From a virus, in IMG/VR virus record IMGVR_UViG_3300037071_003688: a stretch of 64,000 bases of DNA, one strand, 5' to 3'. Made by a program: the position numbers and the translations under genes. Below, piece by piece: positions 35,579 to 45,301 of this stretch (its first letter is position 1; every line of letters starts with the position of its first letter). The notes under the pieces are model-generated. The model was not told where the DNA came from. It worked only from the letters and a program-made list of their open reading frames with translations, and ran no database searches.

Positions 35579-35979
35579 CAGACGAACTGCAACCACCCGA
35601 GGAGGAGTCCGCGTTCATCCGCTGGCTCCGCGAGCACCTCGACGGCGAGATGCTGGCCGAACTCGATGACGGCATCAAAGAGATCGCCGCCGCCACCGCG
35701 ATCAGCGGACGCAAGACGTCGATGACGCTCGACATTGGCATCGACCAGAAGGGTCGGACGTTGGTCGTCAAGGCTGATGTCAAGGTGAAGATCCCGCCGC
35801 CCCCACGCGACCCTGACATCTTCTACGCCGACCGCGACGGCGGTCTGTTCCGTGAGGATCCGACGCGACCGAAGCTCGACTTCTCGAACGTCGTCCAACT
35901 TGCCGAGGAGCCACGCCGGATCGACACCGAGACCGGCGAGATCAAGACCATCAACGACCAGACCGGAGATCCGCAATGA
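35575..35979 (+). CDS. Conserved phage protein partnering DUF2303 (YfdP-like)
   Basis: G...AELDD...TLDI...VKVKIP...IFYADRDGGLFREDP motif. Confidence 0.75.
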   Translation: MTDELQPPEEESAFIRWLREHLDGEMLAELDDGIKEIAAATAISGRKTSMTLDIGIDQKGRTLVVKADVKVKIPPPPRDPDIFYADRDGGLFREDPTRPKLDFSNVVQLAEEPRRIDTETGEIKTINDQTGDPQ

Positions 35980-36812
35980 GCGGCGAAGTACAGGCACTCA
36001 TCAACGCACTCGCCCAGGACGCGGCGGTCGACACACGGCTGCGCGAGCCGGGCGAACTGTCGGAGCGGGCGATCCCGCCCGGCTGGCAGGTGCTCTACAC
36101 CGACAACGAGCGGCTGCTCGACAACCCGCGCCGCGCCCTCGGTGAGGTCAAGGTCCGCTCCGCCAAGGGCTTCATCGACGCCGTCAAGCAACGCTGGCCT
36201 GCGGGCACCCCGGATGATCCGGCGAAGACGGTCACGATCTACGCCGACGACGCCCACCAGACATTGATCGCGATCCTCAACGACGATCTCGGTTCGACGG
36301 CCGGATGGCGTGACCATCGCGTCGCGCTCGACGTGTCCAAGACCGAGGAGTGGAAGCACTGGATGTCACACCAGGGGATGAAGTCGCAGGAAGCATTCGC
36401 GGAGGCGATCGAGTTGGGCCAGTTGGAGATCACCGACCCATCCCCGGCGCTGATGCTGCGCATCGCCGAGACGTTCGAGGCGACGGTCGGCGTGACGTTC
36501 AAGAAAGGCGCCCAGGTCCGCGACGGCGCCCAGCAGTACGTGTACGAGGAGACCATCGACGCCAAGGCTGCCGGTGGCACCGTTGAAGTCCCGGAGGGCT
36601 TCACGATCACCGTGGCGCCGTACATCGGTAGCCCCCGCTACGTCGTCAAGGCCCGACTCAAGACCCGGCTCGTGTCCGGCAAGTTCACCATCGGCTACGT
36701 GTTGGAGCGCCCCGAGGAAGTCGAACGGGCAGCGTTCCGTGACATCGCCACTCAGGTCGCGACCGATCTCAACCTGACAGCGATCGAAGGGGTCGCTCCA
36801 CCCCCGCGGTGA
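35976..36812 (+). CDS. DUF2303 (YfdQ-like) protein
   Basis: AILND...GWRDHR, EWKHW, SQEAFAEAIE, VPEGFTITVAPYIG. Confidence 0.85.
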   Translation: MSGEVQALINALAQDAAVDTRLREPGELSERAIPPGWQVLYTDNERLLDNPRRALGEVKVRSAKGFIDAVKQRWPAGTPDDPAKTVTIYADDAHQTLIAILNDDLGSTAGWRDHRVALDVSKTEEWKHWMSHQGMKSQEAFAEAIELGQLEITDPSPALMLRIAETFEATVGVTFKKGAQVRDGAQQYVYEETIDAKAAGGTVEVPEGFTITVAPYIGSPRYVVKARLKTRLVSGKFTIGYVLERPEEVERAAFRDIATQVATDLNLTAIEGVAPPPR

Positions 36813-36815
36813 ATC

Positions 36816-37133
36816 ATGTCGCTGCCTCACCTGCGGGTCTACGACCTCATCACCGAGGCCGACTTCCAACGAGCCACAGTCGAGCGCGCCACGCTCTACG
36901 GATGGTGGGTGTGGCACGACAACGACTCGCGACGTAACGACTCGGGTCTGCCGGATCTCATCATGGTCCGACCGCCCCGGGTTGTGTTCGCCGAACTCAA
37001 GACCGAGAAGGGTCGCGTGTCGGTCGTGCAACGCGCCGTGATCGCGATGCTCAAGGGCTGCCCCGGTGTCGAGGCGTACCTTTGGCGACCATCCGACGAA
37101 CGGGCACTCGACGCCGCGCTCCGACCGGAGTAG
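36816..37133 (+). CDS. VRR-NUC (PD-(D/E)xK) nuclease
   Basis: EADFQ...GLPDLIMV...FAELKTEKGRVS..Q, WRPSD. Confidence 0.88.
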   Translation: MSLPHLRVYDLITEADFQRATVERATLYGWWVWHDNDSRRNDSGLPDLIMVRPPRVVFAELKTEKGRVSVVQRAVIAMLKGCPGVEAYLWRPSDERALDAALRPE

Positions 37134-37156
37134 CGTCCAGAGTTCCGTACATGTAA

Positions 37157-37211
37157 GACCCCCGGCGATCCGCATCAACGCTGCCCTGCAATCTGCGGAC
37201 CCCCGGGGGTC
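37157..37211 (+). promoter_or_regulatory. Two-stem RNA hairpin upstream of the replication initiator
   Basis: GACCCCCGG/CCGGGGGTC outer stem and TCCGCA/TGCGGA inner stem. Confidence 0.6.
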
Positions 37212-37260
37212 GGTTATCCCTGTTGAAGGATGAGATGAACGATAACAGCAAACGACACGC

Positions 37261-38022
37261 GTGTCACTTGGCGCCATGAAGATCCGCCGCACCGAGTTCG
37301 CGATGGTCCCGACGTGGGTGATTCTGCACGAGGAGATGCGCGGGCACGGCACGAGGATCGCGACGTACGTCGCGCTCAGGGTGATCGCGTTCGAGTTCCC
37401 CGACTACGAGTGGACGTCGGAGCGAGAGATCGCAGAGTCAGCGGCCCGCGTCGCCGGATGCGGCTCCGAAGCGTGTCGCAAACACATGCGTGCGATGCGT
37501 GCCGCCGGGATCGTGACCGGCGACCACGGCGAGATCGTCCTCCCGCACGACCCGCCTGACCAGGTTGGGGACGCCGGTGGGGACACAGGTCCCCACGTGG
37601 GGACACAGGTACCCAATCGTGGGGACACACGTCCCCAGACACCTCTTATAGAAGACGCGTTAGAAAACCCTCCTCCTACAGAGGAGTCGTTGGGTACGGC
37701 GGGGGCCGATCCGAAGGCCGACGCGAGAGCCGCGGCAACAGGGTTCTTCGACCGCGTCAAGCACGACACCGGCAAGTCGCCGGTCGGGATCAAGTTCATG
37801 GCGCTCGCCAAACTCATCGAACCGTTCCTGCGCGCCGGGTACACCATGCCCGAGGTCAAACGCGCGGTGTGGACCGTGTACACCGAACGGCGACCGTGGT
37901 CGCTCGCGGTGATCGAGCAACACCTCGACGGCCGCATCGCGCCCGGCGCCCGGATCGGCAAGCAACTCGACGCGCTACAGGCCGCGATCAACGCCGAGAA
38001 CTGTCGCCTCGATAGTGCATGA
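37261..38022 (+). CDS. Replication initiator (N-terminal wHTH, lambda-O-like layout)
   Basis: FAMVPTWV...TYVAL...SEREIAE...GCG...RAAGIV; internal iterons; G39P-like gene downstream; start may be 37276. Confidence 0.75.
   Translation: MSLGAMKIRRTEFAMVPTWVILHEEMRGHGTRIATYVALRVIAFEFPDYEWTSEREIAESAARVAGCGSEACRKHMRAMRAAGIVTGDHGEIVLPHDPPDQVGDAGGDTGPHVGTQVPNRGDTRPQTPLIEDALENPPPTEESLGTAGADPKADARAAATGFFDRVKHDTGKSPVGIKFMALAKLIEPFLRAGYTMPEVKRAVWTVYTERRPWSLAVIEQHLDGRIAPGARIGKQLDALQAAINAENCRLDSA
37566..37638. repeat. Origin iterons: three 20-bp palindromic repeats plus a half site
   Basis: GTGGGGACACAGGTCCCCAC (37577), GTGGGGACACAGGTACCCAA (37597), GTGGGGACACACGTCCCCAG (37619), then an AT-richer patch. 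Confidence 0.8.
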
Positions 38023-38381
38023 TGGGCGACATGCGGACTGTGGTCACCATCGAGATCCCGATCGAGCACCGCTTCGCCGTGGGCGATCTGATCTACCGGA
38101 TGGAGAAGCCGGTCGGCGACGAGATCCCGCCCGCGGAGCAGTTCTCACTGTGGCGCGTGATCGAAGTCGGTTGCTCGCAGCCTCACCATCAGCAAGGCGT
38201 GTACGCGTTGTGGGACGGACCGTGGTACCGGATGGAGCCGGTCAACGAGTTCGCCAAGCTGATCGCGATGGAAGCGCACGGCCGGGTGGCAAAGGCATCG
38301 ACCCCGCTCATCGAGTTGATGGGACCGGTGACCGAACGTGTCCGCACGGTCGACAGGCAGTGTGAACGTCATGTCCGGTGA
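38022..38381 (+). CDS. Hypothetical protein (SH3-like FAVGDLIY motif)
   Basis: Coupled ORF. Confidence 0.55.
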   Translation: MGDMRTVVTIEIPIEHRFAVGDLIYRMEKPVGDEIPPAEQFSLWRVIEVGCSQPHHQQGVYALWDGPWYRMEPVNEFAKLIAMEAHGRVAKASTPLIELMGPVTERVRTVDRQCERHVR

Positions 38382-38799
38382 TACCCCCCCCGACATGCGG
38401 CCACTCGAACGTCTCCTCGCGTCCCGCGATTACGCGCTCTACCATGCCCGCCGCAGCTACCGGCCGAACCTGATGTTCAGCGGCTCGACGCTGTCGTTCC
38501 GCCCGGACATGATGCGCCGTGTCGCCGCCGAAGCACCGATCCTGACCGAGATCGACCGGTTGAAGCGATGGCAGATCCGGGTCCCCGAGCACTCGTACCA
38601 GACCGACTGCGAGGTGACGTTCGCTCTCGACTTCACGTGGATCTCCGAGACGTGGAACGACGGGCTGGCATGGTCGTTCTTCAACGAGTTCCCGATGTAC
38701 GTGCAATGCACCCTCGACCATCTGCTCGATGACAACCCGTTCTTCGTGCGGCCGTCGATCATCATGTTCCCGCGGCTGATCGACATGACCGTCTCGTGA
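38371..38799 (+). CDS. Hypothetical protein
   Basis: Coupled ORF with a GTGA overlap downstream. Confidence 0.55.
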   Translation: MSGDTPPDMRPLERLLASRDYALYHARRSYRPNLMFSGSTLSFRPDMMRRVAAEAPILTEIDRLKRWQIRVPEHSYQTDCEVTFALDFTWISETWNDGLAWSFFNEFPMYVQCTLDHLLDDNPFFVRPSIIMFPRLIDMTVS

Positions 38800-39329
38800 A
38801 CAAGGTCGACGCGCTCAAGCTGATCGGCGCCGCGCAGATGCTCTGGCCGTCGTGGCGCGACGCACCATCGACGCAACGCGACGTGGCGTTGATGGCCGAC
38901 GTGTGGCTGACCGTCCTCGAAGACGTCCCCGCCGACCTCGCGTACGCGGCGTTGACGGTGCTCGCCGCCGAGGGCCGCGAGTTCATACCCCCACCCGGTG
39001 TGATCCGCCGCCACGCGATCCTGCTCCGCGCCCGAGCGTCCGGCGATCTCCCGCCCGGCGTCGATGAGGCGTGGCGCGAGGTCCAGACCCGGGTCCGCAA
39101 AGAGGGCCGTCACGGCTGGAACGACGACTGGTCGCATCCGTGTATTGACGAGACCGTGCAAACGATGGGGTGGTGGCAACTCTGCGACGGCGCCAACCAG
39201 GACTCGCTGCGCGCCCACTTCCGCCAGTTCTACACCGAGGCCACGACCCGCCACGAACGCGACCTGGTGCTCTCGGACTCGATGCTCGACGTGATCACGA
39301 CCGCCTCACTGCGTGCCCTCGCGGAATGA
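38796..39329 (+). CDS. Replicative helicase loader/inhibitor (SPP1 G39P-like)
   Basis: W..VLEDVP...A...EFIPPPGVIR, EAWREV, MGW..LC...N....RAHF. Confidence 0.75.
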   Translation: MNKVDALKLIGAAQMLWPSWRDAPSTQRDVALMADVWLTVLEDVPADLAYAALTVLAAEGREFIPPPGVIRRHAILLRARASGDLPPGVDEAWREVQTRVRKEGRHGWNDDWSHPCIDETVQTMGWWQLCDGANQDSLRAHFRQFYTEATTRHERDLVLSDSMLDVITTASLRALAE

Positions 39330-39354
39330 CGCCACCATCGCGTACTGTTCTCAC

Positions 39355-39738
39355 ATGATCCAACGTTTCCACGCAGAGAACTGGCTCCACGACGAGATCC
39401 CGTGGGGTGGCGTCGTCAAGCTGATCACCGCCCACCCGACCGACAAAGCCCAGTCCGGCACCCTCGGCGAGTACGCGCTGAACAACCCGGCGCTGTACAT
39501 CCGTTGGCAGGAAGGCCCGCTCGTCGCCCCTGACGGATCCCGCTACGAGGCGAACGGCTGCTTCGTGGAGACCGTGATCGAGGCCGCGCTGCAACGCATG
39601 GAGTTCTACCAGGAGACCCGGTTCGCGTGCGAGGAGAACCAGGAGATCATCGACCATCTGCGCAAGGCGATCGCCTGGTGTCAGGAACGAACCGCGCGCC
39701 GCGAGGCCCGCCAAGTGGAAGGAACCAGCCAGGTATGA
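39355..39738 (+). CDS. tad1: Tad1-family anti-Thoeris/anti-CBASS nucleotide sponge
   Basis: IRWQEGP...NG...QRMEFYQ..RFACEENQ..I.HL..AI.W..ERT.RR..RQVEGT matches the Tad1 signature; own leaderless promoter TGAC-N12-TACTGT. Confidence 0.85.
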   Translation: MIQRFHAENWLHDEIPWGGVVKLITAHPTDKAQSGTLGEYALNNPALYIRWQEGPLVAPDGSRYEANGCFVETVIEAALQRMEFYQETRFACEENQEIIDHLRKAIAWCQERTARREARQVEGTSQV

Positions 39739-40145
39739 AAGTTCATATCTTTCGACACGTCGCCCCCGACAAGATCGACATCGGCGACGTCGTGTTGTGG
39801 GACAACGACGACCCGATCGAAGTCGAGTCGATCACCCGCACCAAGGACGGCTACGACCTGACGGGCCACTCGCGCCACAAGCCGGGCCTCCGGGCGGTCA
39901 CCATGAAGCCGCGGGACTCACTCATCCGTGTGATCCCGAACCGGAGCGAGGCCGAGAAGATCTTGGCGGAACTCAAGAAAGCTGTCACGGACAGCGACCC
40001 GGCGACGTGGAACGTCGAACTGATCAACGATCTCAAGCCGCTCGTCATCCGCGGCAAGGCGAGCGAGTTGGCCAAGGTCACGACGGCCACCACGGGCGAG
40101 AAGGTCACGGTCGGCGATCCCGTCAACGATGCCCCTGTTTCGTAG
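39735..40145 (+). CDS. Hypothetical protein between two sponge genes
   Basis: ATGA overlap with tad1; N-terminal SH3/KOW-like IDIGDVV..VESI. Confidence 0.7.
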   Translation: MKVHIFRHVAPDKIDIGDVVLWDNDDPIEVESITRTKDGYDLTGHSRHKPGLRAVTMKPRDSLIRVIPNRSEAEKILAELKKAVTDSDPATWNVELINDLKPLVIRGKASELAKVTTATTGEKVTVGDPVNDAPVS

Positions 40146-40446
40146 GCGCCCGACCACCATCGAGGCCCGCCAGTTCACCGGCGGTGCCGAGTCGGCGACA
40201 CCGATCATCGACTGGGTGCTCGCCGGTGGCGGCACGGCGACATGGATGGAGGCACACCAGGTCGGGATCGCCCCGTACCGACCCGACGACATCAACGAGA
40301 TCGTCGTGATGGAACGGATCTCGCTGCGCACCCTCGAAGGCACGATCTACGTGTCGGTCGGCGACTGGGTGATCAAGGGGACCGCAGGCGAGTTCTATCC
40401 GTGCAAACCCGAGATCTTCGCTGACGTCTACGAGCCACTCGAATGA
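40129..40446 (+). CDS. Acb4-like (KKPVxIEA/TLEG/YPCKP family) putative cyclic-dinucleotide sponge
   Basis: FRRRPTTIEARQF...RTLEG...GDWVIKG..GEFYPCKPEIF..VYE; family clear, Acb4 name from recall. Confidence 0.65.
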   Translation: MPLFRRRPTTIEARQFTGGAESATPIIDWVLAGGGTATWMEAHQVGIAPYRPDDINEIVVMERISLRTLEGTIYVSVGDWVIKGTAGEFYPCKPEIFADVYEPLE

Positions 40447-41072
40447 GCCACATCCGCGCCATCGGCAACCCGCCACGCCGAGGCAACGCCGAGTTGATCG
40501 CGGATCTCGCCCAACTCGGCTACCTGCCGGAGCCGGTGATCGACGTGACGTACGGCAAGGGCCGCTTCTGGAAGCTGTACCGGCCCGAGAAGCTCGTCAC
40601 GAACGACTTGGATCCGATCTCGGACTCCATGCTCCACCATGACTTCACGAACTTCCCGGCGCCTGACAGACTGTTCGCGACGGTCGTGTTTGACCCGCCG
40701 TACAAGCTGAACGGCACCGCCTCCCAGGGAGGCCCGGCCACCTCGGACGACGACTACGGCGTGGGCGGCGACTACCGCACCCCGGCCGAACGTCACGATC
40801 TGATGCGGCGCGGCATGACCGAAGCCGCCCGGATGGCGCGCGAGTTCGTGATCGTGAAGTGCATGGACCAGGTCGTGTCCGGCCGCATCCACTGGCAGAC
40901 CGACATGATGACCGAGCACGGCCGCACCATCGGCCTCAACAAGATCGACACCCTCCACGTCTACGGTTACCGGACGCAACCAGCAGGCCGACGCCAAGTC
41001 CACGCCCACCGCGACTACTCGACGGCACTCGTGTTCGCCGTCCTCCCCGAACCCCCGCCGCAACTCATTTGA
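40443..41072 (+). CDS. DNA amino-methyltransferase (DPPY)
   Basis: Motif I IDVTYGKGRFW, DFTNFP, motif IV VVFDPPY. Confidence 0.82.
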   Translation: MSHIRAIGNPPRRGNAELIADLAQLGYLPEPVIDVTYGKGRFWKLYRPEKLVTNDLDPISDSMLHHDFTNFPAPDRLFATVVFDPPYKLNGTASQGGPATSDDDYGVGGDYRTPAERHDLMRRGMTEAARMAREFVIVKCMDQVVSGRIHWQTDMMTEHGRTIGLNKIDTLHVYGYRTQPAGRRQVHAHRDYSTALVFAVLPEPPPQLI

Positions 41073-41098
41073 CAAACCGTAGTCGGAGCGAGTAGTGT
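41069..41098 (+). promoter_or_regulatory. sigma70-type leaderless promoter related to the early class
   Basis: TTGACAAACCG shared with the early promoters; N18 then TAGTGT, 7 nt before ATG 41106. Confidence 0.7.
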
Positions 41099-41105
41099 TG
41101 AGGTC

Positions 41106-41491
41106 ATGGAAGCCACCACGCCGTATCCAGAGTCCGAGAAGATGCACGCCGTCCACGAGACATCGCAAGTGATCGGCGAGTTCATCGAGTGGCTGCCAAC
41201 ACGCGGCAAGTTCATCGGCACGTGGCGCACCCTCGTGGACTGCCCGGGCGGCGGAGCGTTCTCGAACTGGACGTGCGAGAGTGGCGTCAAGGTCCATGAT
41301 CGCACCGGCGAGGACGGCGGCACTGCCCGGTCTGCGACGGCAAGGGCGTGGTCGAGGCCACGAATCCCATCCCCGAAGTGGACTACGTCGACATCAACAA
41401 GCTGCTCGCCGAGTTCTTCAACATCGACCTGGCGAAGATCGACACCGAACGCCGAGCCATGCTCGACGCGATGCGGGCGGCGAACCCGTGA
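41106..41491 (+). pseudogene. Frameshifted conserved hypothetical protein with a zinc-ribbon insert
   Basis: YPESEK...SQVIGEFIEWL continues in the -1 frame at ~41323 as CPVCDGKG...INKLLAEFFNIDLAKIDTERRAML; one base missing. Confidence 0.65.
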
Positions 41492-41899
41492 CCAGCAAGC
41501 GCGACAGCGTCGGCCGGGTCGCCGTGTGGGTCACAGACATGCTCGTGCTCAACGCCATCGAGGAGATCGAGCAGGTCGACAACGGATCGGTGGCGTTCGT
41601 GTTCGACGGGCGCCCGATGCGGATCGACATCCGCTGCACCCGGGAGACATCGTGAGCACCATGACGAAACTTCGGGTCGTGGCTGACGTGTGGTACGACG
41701 GCGCGCACTTCGTTCGCCGCGACTGCGACACCGGTGAGGAGATCGAGGAGGGCCGCTGGTGCGCGTCGATCGAAACACCTGACGGCGAGATCACCTGGAC
41801 CGCCAAGTCGCCGGGCGCGGTCGTCAACACCGCTGACCGTTGGGGCGCCGGGCGCGGCCTCCACGTCGAGATCCACTTCCTCACCCCGGTCGGTGGCTG

Positions 41900-42271
41900 A
41901 TGGACCAGCCGACACATGACAGCATCCGCGCCAAGCTGAGTCGCGCCGTGCATCCGGGCTTCTCGTACTGCCTGCGTTGCGGGTTTCCGTGGGCGGTGGT
42001 CGAGGGCCATCACACCTCGTACGGCGCGAAGCTGATCGAGTCGTACCGGGCGCTCGACGCCGACGTGCGGGCGATGGTCAACTCAGGTCAGGTGTCGCTG
42101 CTCGGCGACGGCGCGTGTTTCCCGCTGTGCGAGAAGTGCTGGGCGAAGCTGACCGTCGAGGAACGCGAGCCGTACTACTGGAAGTTGCTGCGTCTGTGGG
42201 ACACGCCCGACTATCCGCTGTCGGAGGAAGTCGCGCACCAGGTGATTGCCGCCTGCCGGGAGGGACTGTGA
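41900..42271 (+). CDS. Zinc-finger hypothetical protein
   Basis: CLRC...CFPLCEKCW; TGATG start. Confidence 0.7.
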   Translation: MDQPTHDSIRAKLSRAVHPGFSYCLRCGFPWAVVEGHHTSYGAKLIESYRALDADVRAMVNSGQVSLLGDGACFPLCEKCWAKLTVEEREPYYWKLLRLWDTPDYPLSEEVAHQVIAACREGL

Positions 42272-42521
42272 CGATCGTCGCCAAGATCCACGCCCGGCCC
42301 GGCCGGATCGACTGGGAGACGCTCCAACGCGAGGAGACCGACCAGATCGACTCGATCCCCTGCGACCCGGAGTTGGGTGTGATGTTCGAGCTTCGCCTGA
42401 CCCGCCCACCATCGTTGGAGGGGCGCCGGGCGGTGCTCGTGATCCCACCCGAGCATCTCGGCGGCGTTCTGAAAGCTGTCAAGGCGGCGATGATCGCGCA
42501 ACGCTCGAAGGCGATGACACC

Positions 42522-43082
42522 ATGAGCCACCAGCGCGCCGAGTTCCCGCGGATCGTGGATCGGTGGACGGAGATCTCCGAGGCCCGCATCGCCGACAAGT
42601 CGTTGCGGCCGGACTGCTGCGTGCTCGCCTCGAAGGTGCTGCTCGTGGCGTTCACCGAGGCCGGGTTCGAGGCCAGCGCCGAACCGACGTACACGGTCGC
42701 CACGAACCGGGCGTCATGGCAGTGGCAGGGACGCCCGATCAAAGAGTGGCCACCGGAGGCGTGGTCGGTCGGGGTCGAACCCGGGCAGCGGATCGACACC
42801 GGCTCGTACCCGGGGCATCTGGTCGTGGTCGTCAAAGTCGACGGCGAACTGTGGATGGTCGACGGTTCGTCCGGTCAGTTGTCGCGCCCGGCGAAACAGA
42901 TGACGATCCCCCGTGTGCTCGCGTTCCCGATCGCCAACTGGCCGGACCGGGTGTGGGTCCGCAACTTCGACTGGGCAATCCAGTACACGCCCGCACCATT
43001 GGGCAAGCTGCATCGGGTCGGGAACGACTGGACGAAGAACTGGCGGAAGTACGCCGAACAGATGAGGGAGTGCAACGCATGA
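42522..43082 (+). CDS. Papain/transglutaminase-like fold protein
   Basis: DCCVLAS..L...G (Cys), GHLVVV (His), MVDGSSGQ (Asp) in triad order. Confidence 0.6.
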   Translation: MSHQRAEFPRIVDRWTEISEARIADKSLRPDCCVLASKVLLVAFTEAGFEASAEPTYTVATNRASWQWQGRPIKEWPPEAWSVGVEPGQRIDTGSYPGHLVVVVKVDGELWMVDGSSGQLSRPAKQMTIPRVLAFPIANWPDRVWVRNFDWAIQYTPAPLGKLHRVGNDWTKNWRKYAEQMRECNA

Positions 43083-43248
43083 CACCGTGGCCCGAGCAGT
43101 GGCTCCTCGTGTACCCGGAGGGACGCGGCGTCGTCTACAACCGGCCGGTCGGGATTGATGAGCAACCGTGGGCGGTCGGCGTCGTCCACATCCACCCAGA
43201 CGGCACCGCCACCACCATCCAGTTCGCCCGCCCAGGAAAGCAGGAGTC

Positions 43249-43683
43249 ATGAACGAGGCCCACGACGAGACCGGCCGGTTCGTTCCGGATCCCCGCCTCG
43301 AACGTGTCGGGGATATCTTCGAGAGCTTCGACCGGATGATCGACCACATGGCCGCCCTACTGGTGAAGGGCCGCGCGTTGATCGCGTTCCATCAGCGGAT
43401 GGAGGACCACCTCATGGATTCGCTGATCGAGATCGCCTCGCTCGGCGGACCGGCCGGGGAGGTCGCCGCGGAGGCGCTGATTGTCGCCTGGCCCGAGGCC
43501 GGTTGGGACGACAACATCAACGTGATGTTGACCGACTACGCCCGCAAGATCACACCGGCCGAGTGGCGGCGCCGCAAGCTGGCCGGGGATCTCAACTGGC
43601 CGCATCAGCACCAGGGACTCGACGGCTGGATGGCGTCCTGCGACCAGGACCACGTCGAGTTCGAGGTCCGCCATGACGACTGA
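43249..43683 (+). CDS. Hypothetical protein (MNEAHDETGRFVP...)
   Basis: RBS AGGAG, ATGA overlap. Confidence 0.65.
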   Translation: MNEAHDETGRFVPDPRLERVGDIFESFDRMIDHMAALLVKGRALIAFHQRMEDHLMDSLIEIASLGGPAGEVAAEALIVAWPEAGWDDNINVMLTDYARKITPAEWRRRKLAGDLNWPHQHQGLDGWMASCDQDHVEFEVRHDD

Positions 43684-43942
43684 CATGTGGGTGGTCTGCA
43701 AGTTCAAGTCGGGTGGCGGCACCCAACTTGACCGGTACCCCAACCAGTTCCACGACGTCTCGTTCCACGACAACGAACTCGACGCGCTCCGTGCCGCCAA
43801 CACGACAGGCGGCAAGGCCATCAAGATCGTCCCCGGCGAGAAGCTGGACGACCTGTACTTCGCGTCGTACGGGAATAGCTGACCGCCGTCCACGGTTCTC
43901 ATCGAGTTCTACCCAAACCCCATAGACAGGAAACCACCCACC

Positions 43943-45301
43943 ATGCCTAGATTCCGCATCTTCACCGTTGTCGCCGGTATCGGCGCAGCGTTCATCCTCC
44001 TCCTGCTGATAATCGGGGTGGCCACCATGTCCCGACAGCGCACCGCCGCCAACGAATGGGGCTGCTCGTTCGGCAGCGGACCGGTCGAGCGGACCCGGCA
44101 ACTCAAGAACCGGCTCGCCCCCGGCGAATCGGGCGGCTACTCGAATGACACGTTGAAGACCGGCCCGGCCGACATCCGCTTCTACTTCATCGACACCAAC
44201 CCGCAGACCGCCGACTTCGGCGCCACCCCGATCGTCGTGCCCGCCAAGGGTTCATCGACCTCTGGTGTCGGCGTCGTCCAAACCTCAACCGAGGTCCAGG
44301 TGCGGTTCGTGATCAACGAGAACTTCTGCGACTTCTACGTCAACCACCTCAAGCGCGTCGAGTCCACAGTGGATCTCAACTACAACGCCAAGCAAGGCGA
44401 GGAGTCGGGGTGGGCGTCGGTGCTCAACCAGACCATGAACCAGAAGTTGATCGAGGCGACCCGCCCGGTGCTGCGCGACGTCGACTACATCACGTTGTAC
44501 ACCAACGGCGCGATCGAGGGCGGCTCCGCCTATGACGTGCTCGCCCGGGAACTGTCAACCAACCTGACCCGCGAGTTGAACGCCGACCTCGGCAAGGAAT
44601 ACTTCTGCGGCCCGAGCTACAAGTTCGACGGCACCATCGACGGCGAGTTCGACAACGGCTGCCCGCCGCTCGAAGTCACCGTCAAGTCGATCACCCCCGT
44701 CAACCCGGATCTGATCACGAACCTGCAAGCCATCGTGAACAACGAGGAGCAGCAACGCAAGATCGAATCCGACACCCGCCTCGCCCAGGAGCAGACCCGA
44801 GCCGAGCAGGAACGGGCGATCGCCGTCGCGCAGGCCAACCAGGAGAAGGCCGTCGCGCAGGCCGCAGCCGACCAGGCGACACAGGTCGCGCAGGCGGCAG
44901 CCAATCAGGAAATCCAGGTCGCCCAGGCGACAGCCGACCAGAACATCAAGGTCGCCCAGGCCAGGGCCGACCAGCAGATCAAGGTCCAGCAGGCTGAATC
45001 CGAGCGTGCGGTCCAGACAGCGCAGAACGAGACTCGACGGGCGAACGAACAGTTCAACGCCGAGACCGATCTGCTCGTCGCTCAGGCTCGTGGCCCGGTG
45101 GCGACCCAGTTGGCGGCGAACAAGACGGCCGACCTCGTGGCGCAGGCCCAATACTGCGTGACTCTGGCAGCGTCCGGGATCCGCTGCGATCTGCTGGCAG
45201 CCGCCGAAGCTGGCACCGTGATCGTGCCCACCGTCAACCTGTCGGGCACCGCTGACGGCGGCTCGGCGGGAACGACGGTCGTACTGGACGCCCGACCATG
45301 A
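43943..45301 (+). CDS. SPFH/band-7 (flotillin-like) membrane protein
   Basis: N-terminal TM helix, SPFH-like core, long coiled coil of 11-aa xVAQAxAxQxx repeats; repeated strong RBS. Confidence 0.75.
   Translation: MPRFRIFTVVAGIGAAFILLLLIIGVATMSRQRTAANEWGCSFGSGPVERTRQLKNRLAPGESGGYSNDTLKTGPADIRFYFIDTNPQTADFGATPIVVPAKGSSTSGVGVVQTSTEVQVRFVINENFCDFYVNHLKRVESTVDLNYNAKQGEESGWASVLNQTMNQKLIEATRPVLRDVDYITLYTNGAIEGGSAYDVLARELSTNLTRELNADLGKEYFCGPSYKFDGTIDGEFDNGCPPLEVTVKSITPVNPDLITNLQAIVNNEEQQRKIESDTRLAQEQTRAEQERAIAVAQANQEKAVAQAAADQATQVAQAAANQEIQVAQATADQNIKVAQARADQQIKVQQAESERAVQTAQNETRRANEQFNAETDLLVAQARGPVATQLAANKTADLVAQAQYCVTLAASGIRCDLLAAAEAGTVIVPTVNLSGTADGGSAGTTVVLDARP

Noticed and set aside
41106-41900. 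Single 264-aa protein as given in the ORF track
   Set aside because: Artefact of a one-base frameshift joining two genes across a third (41488-41655)
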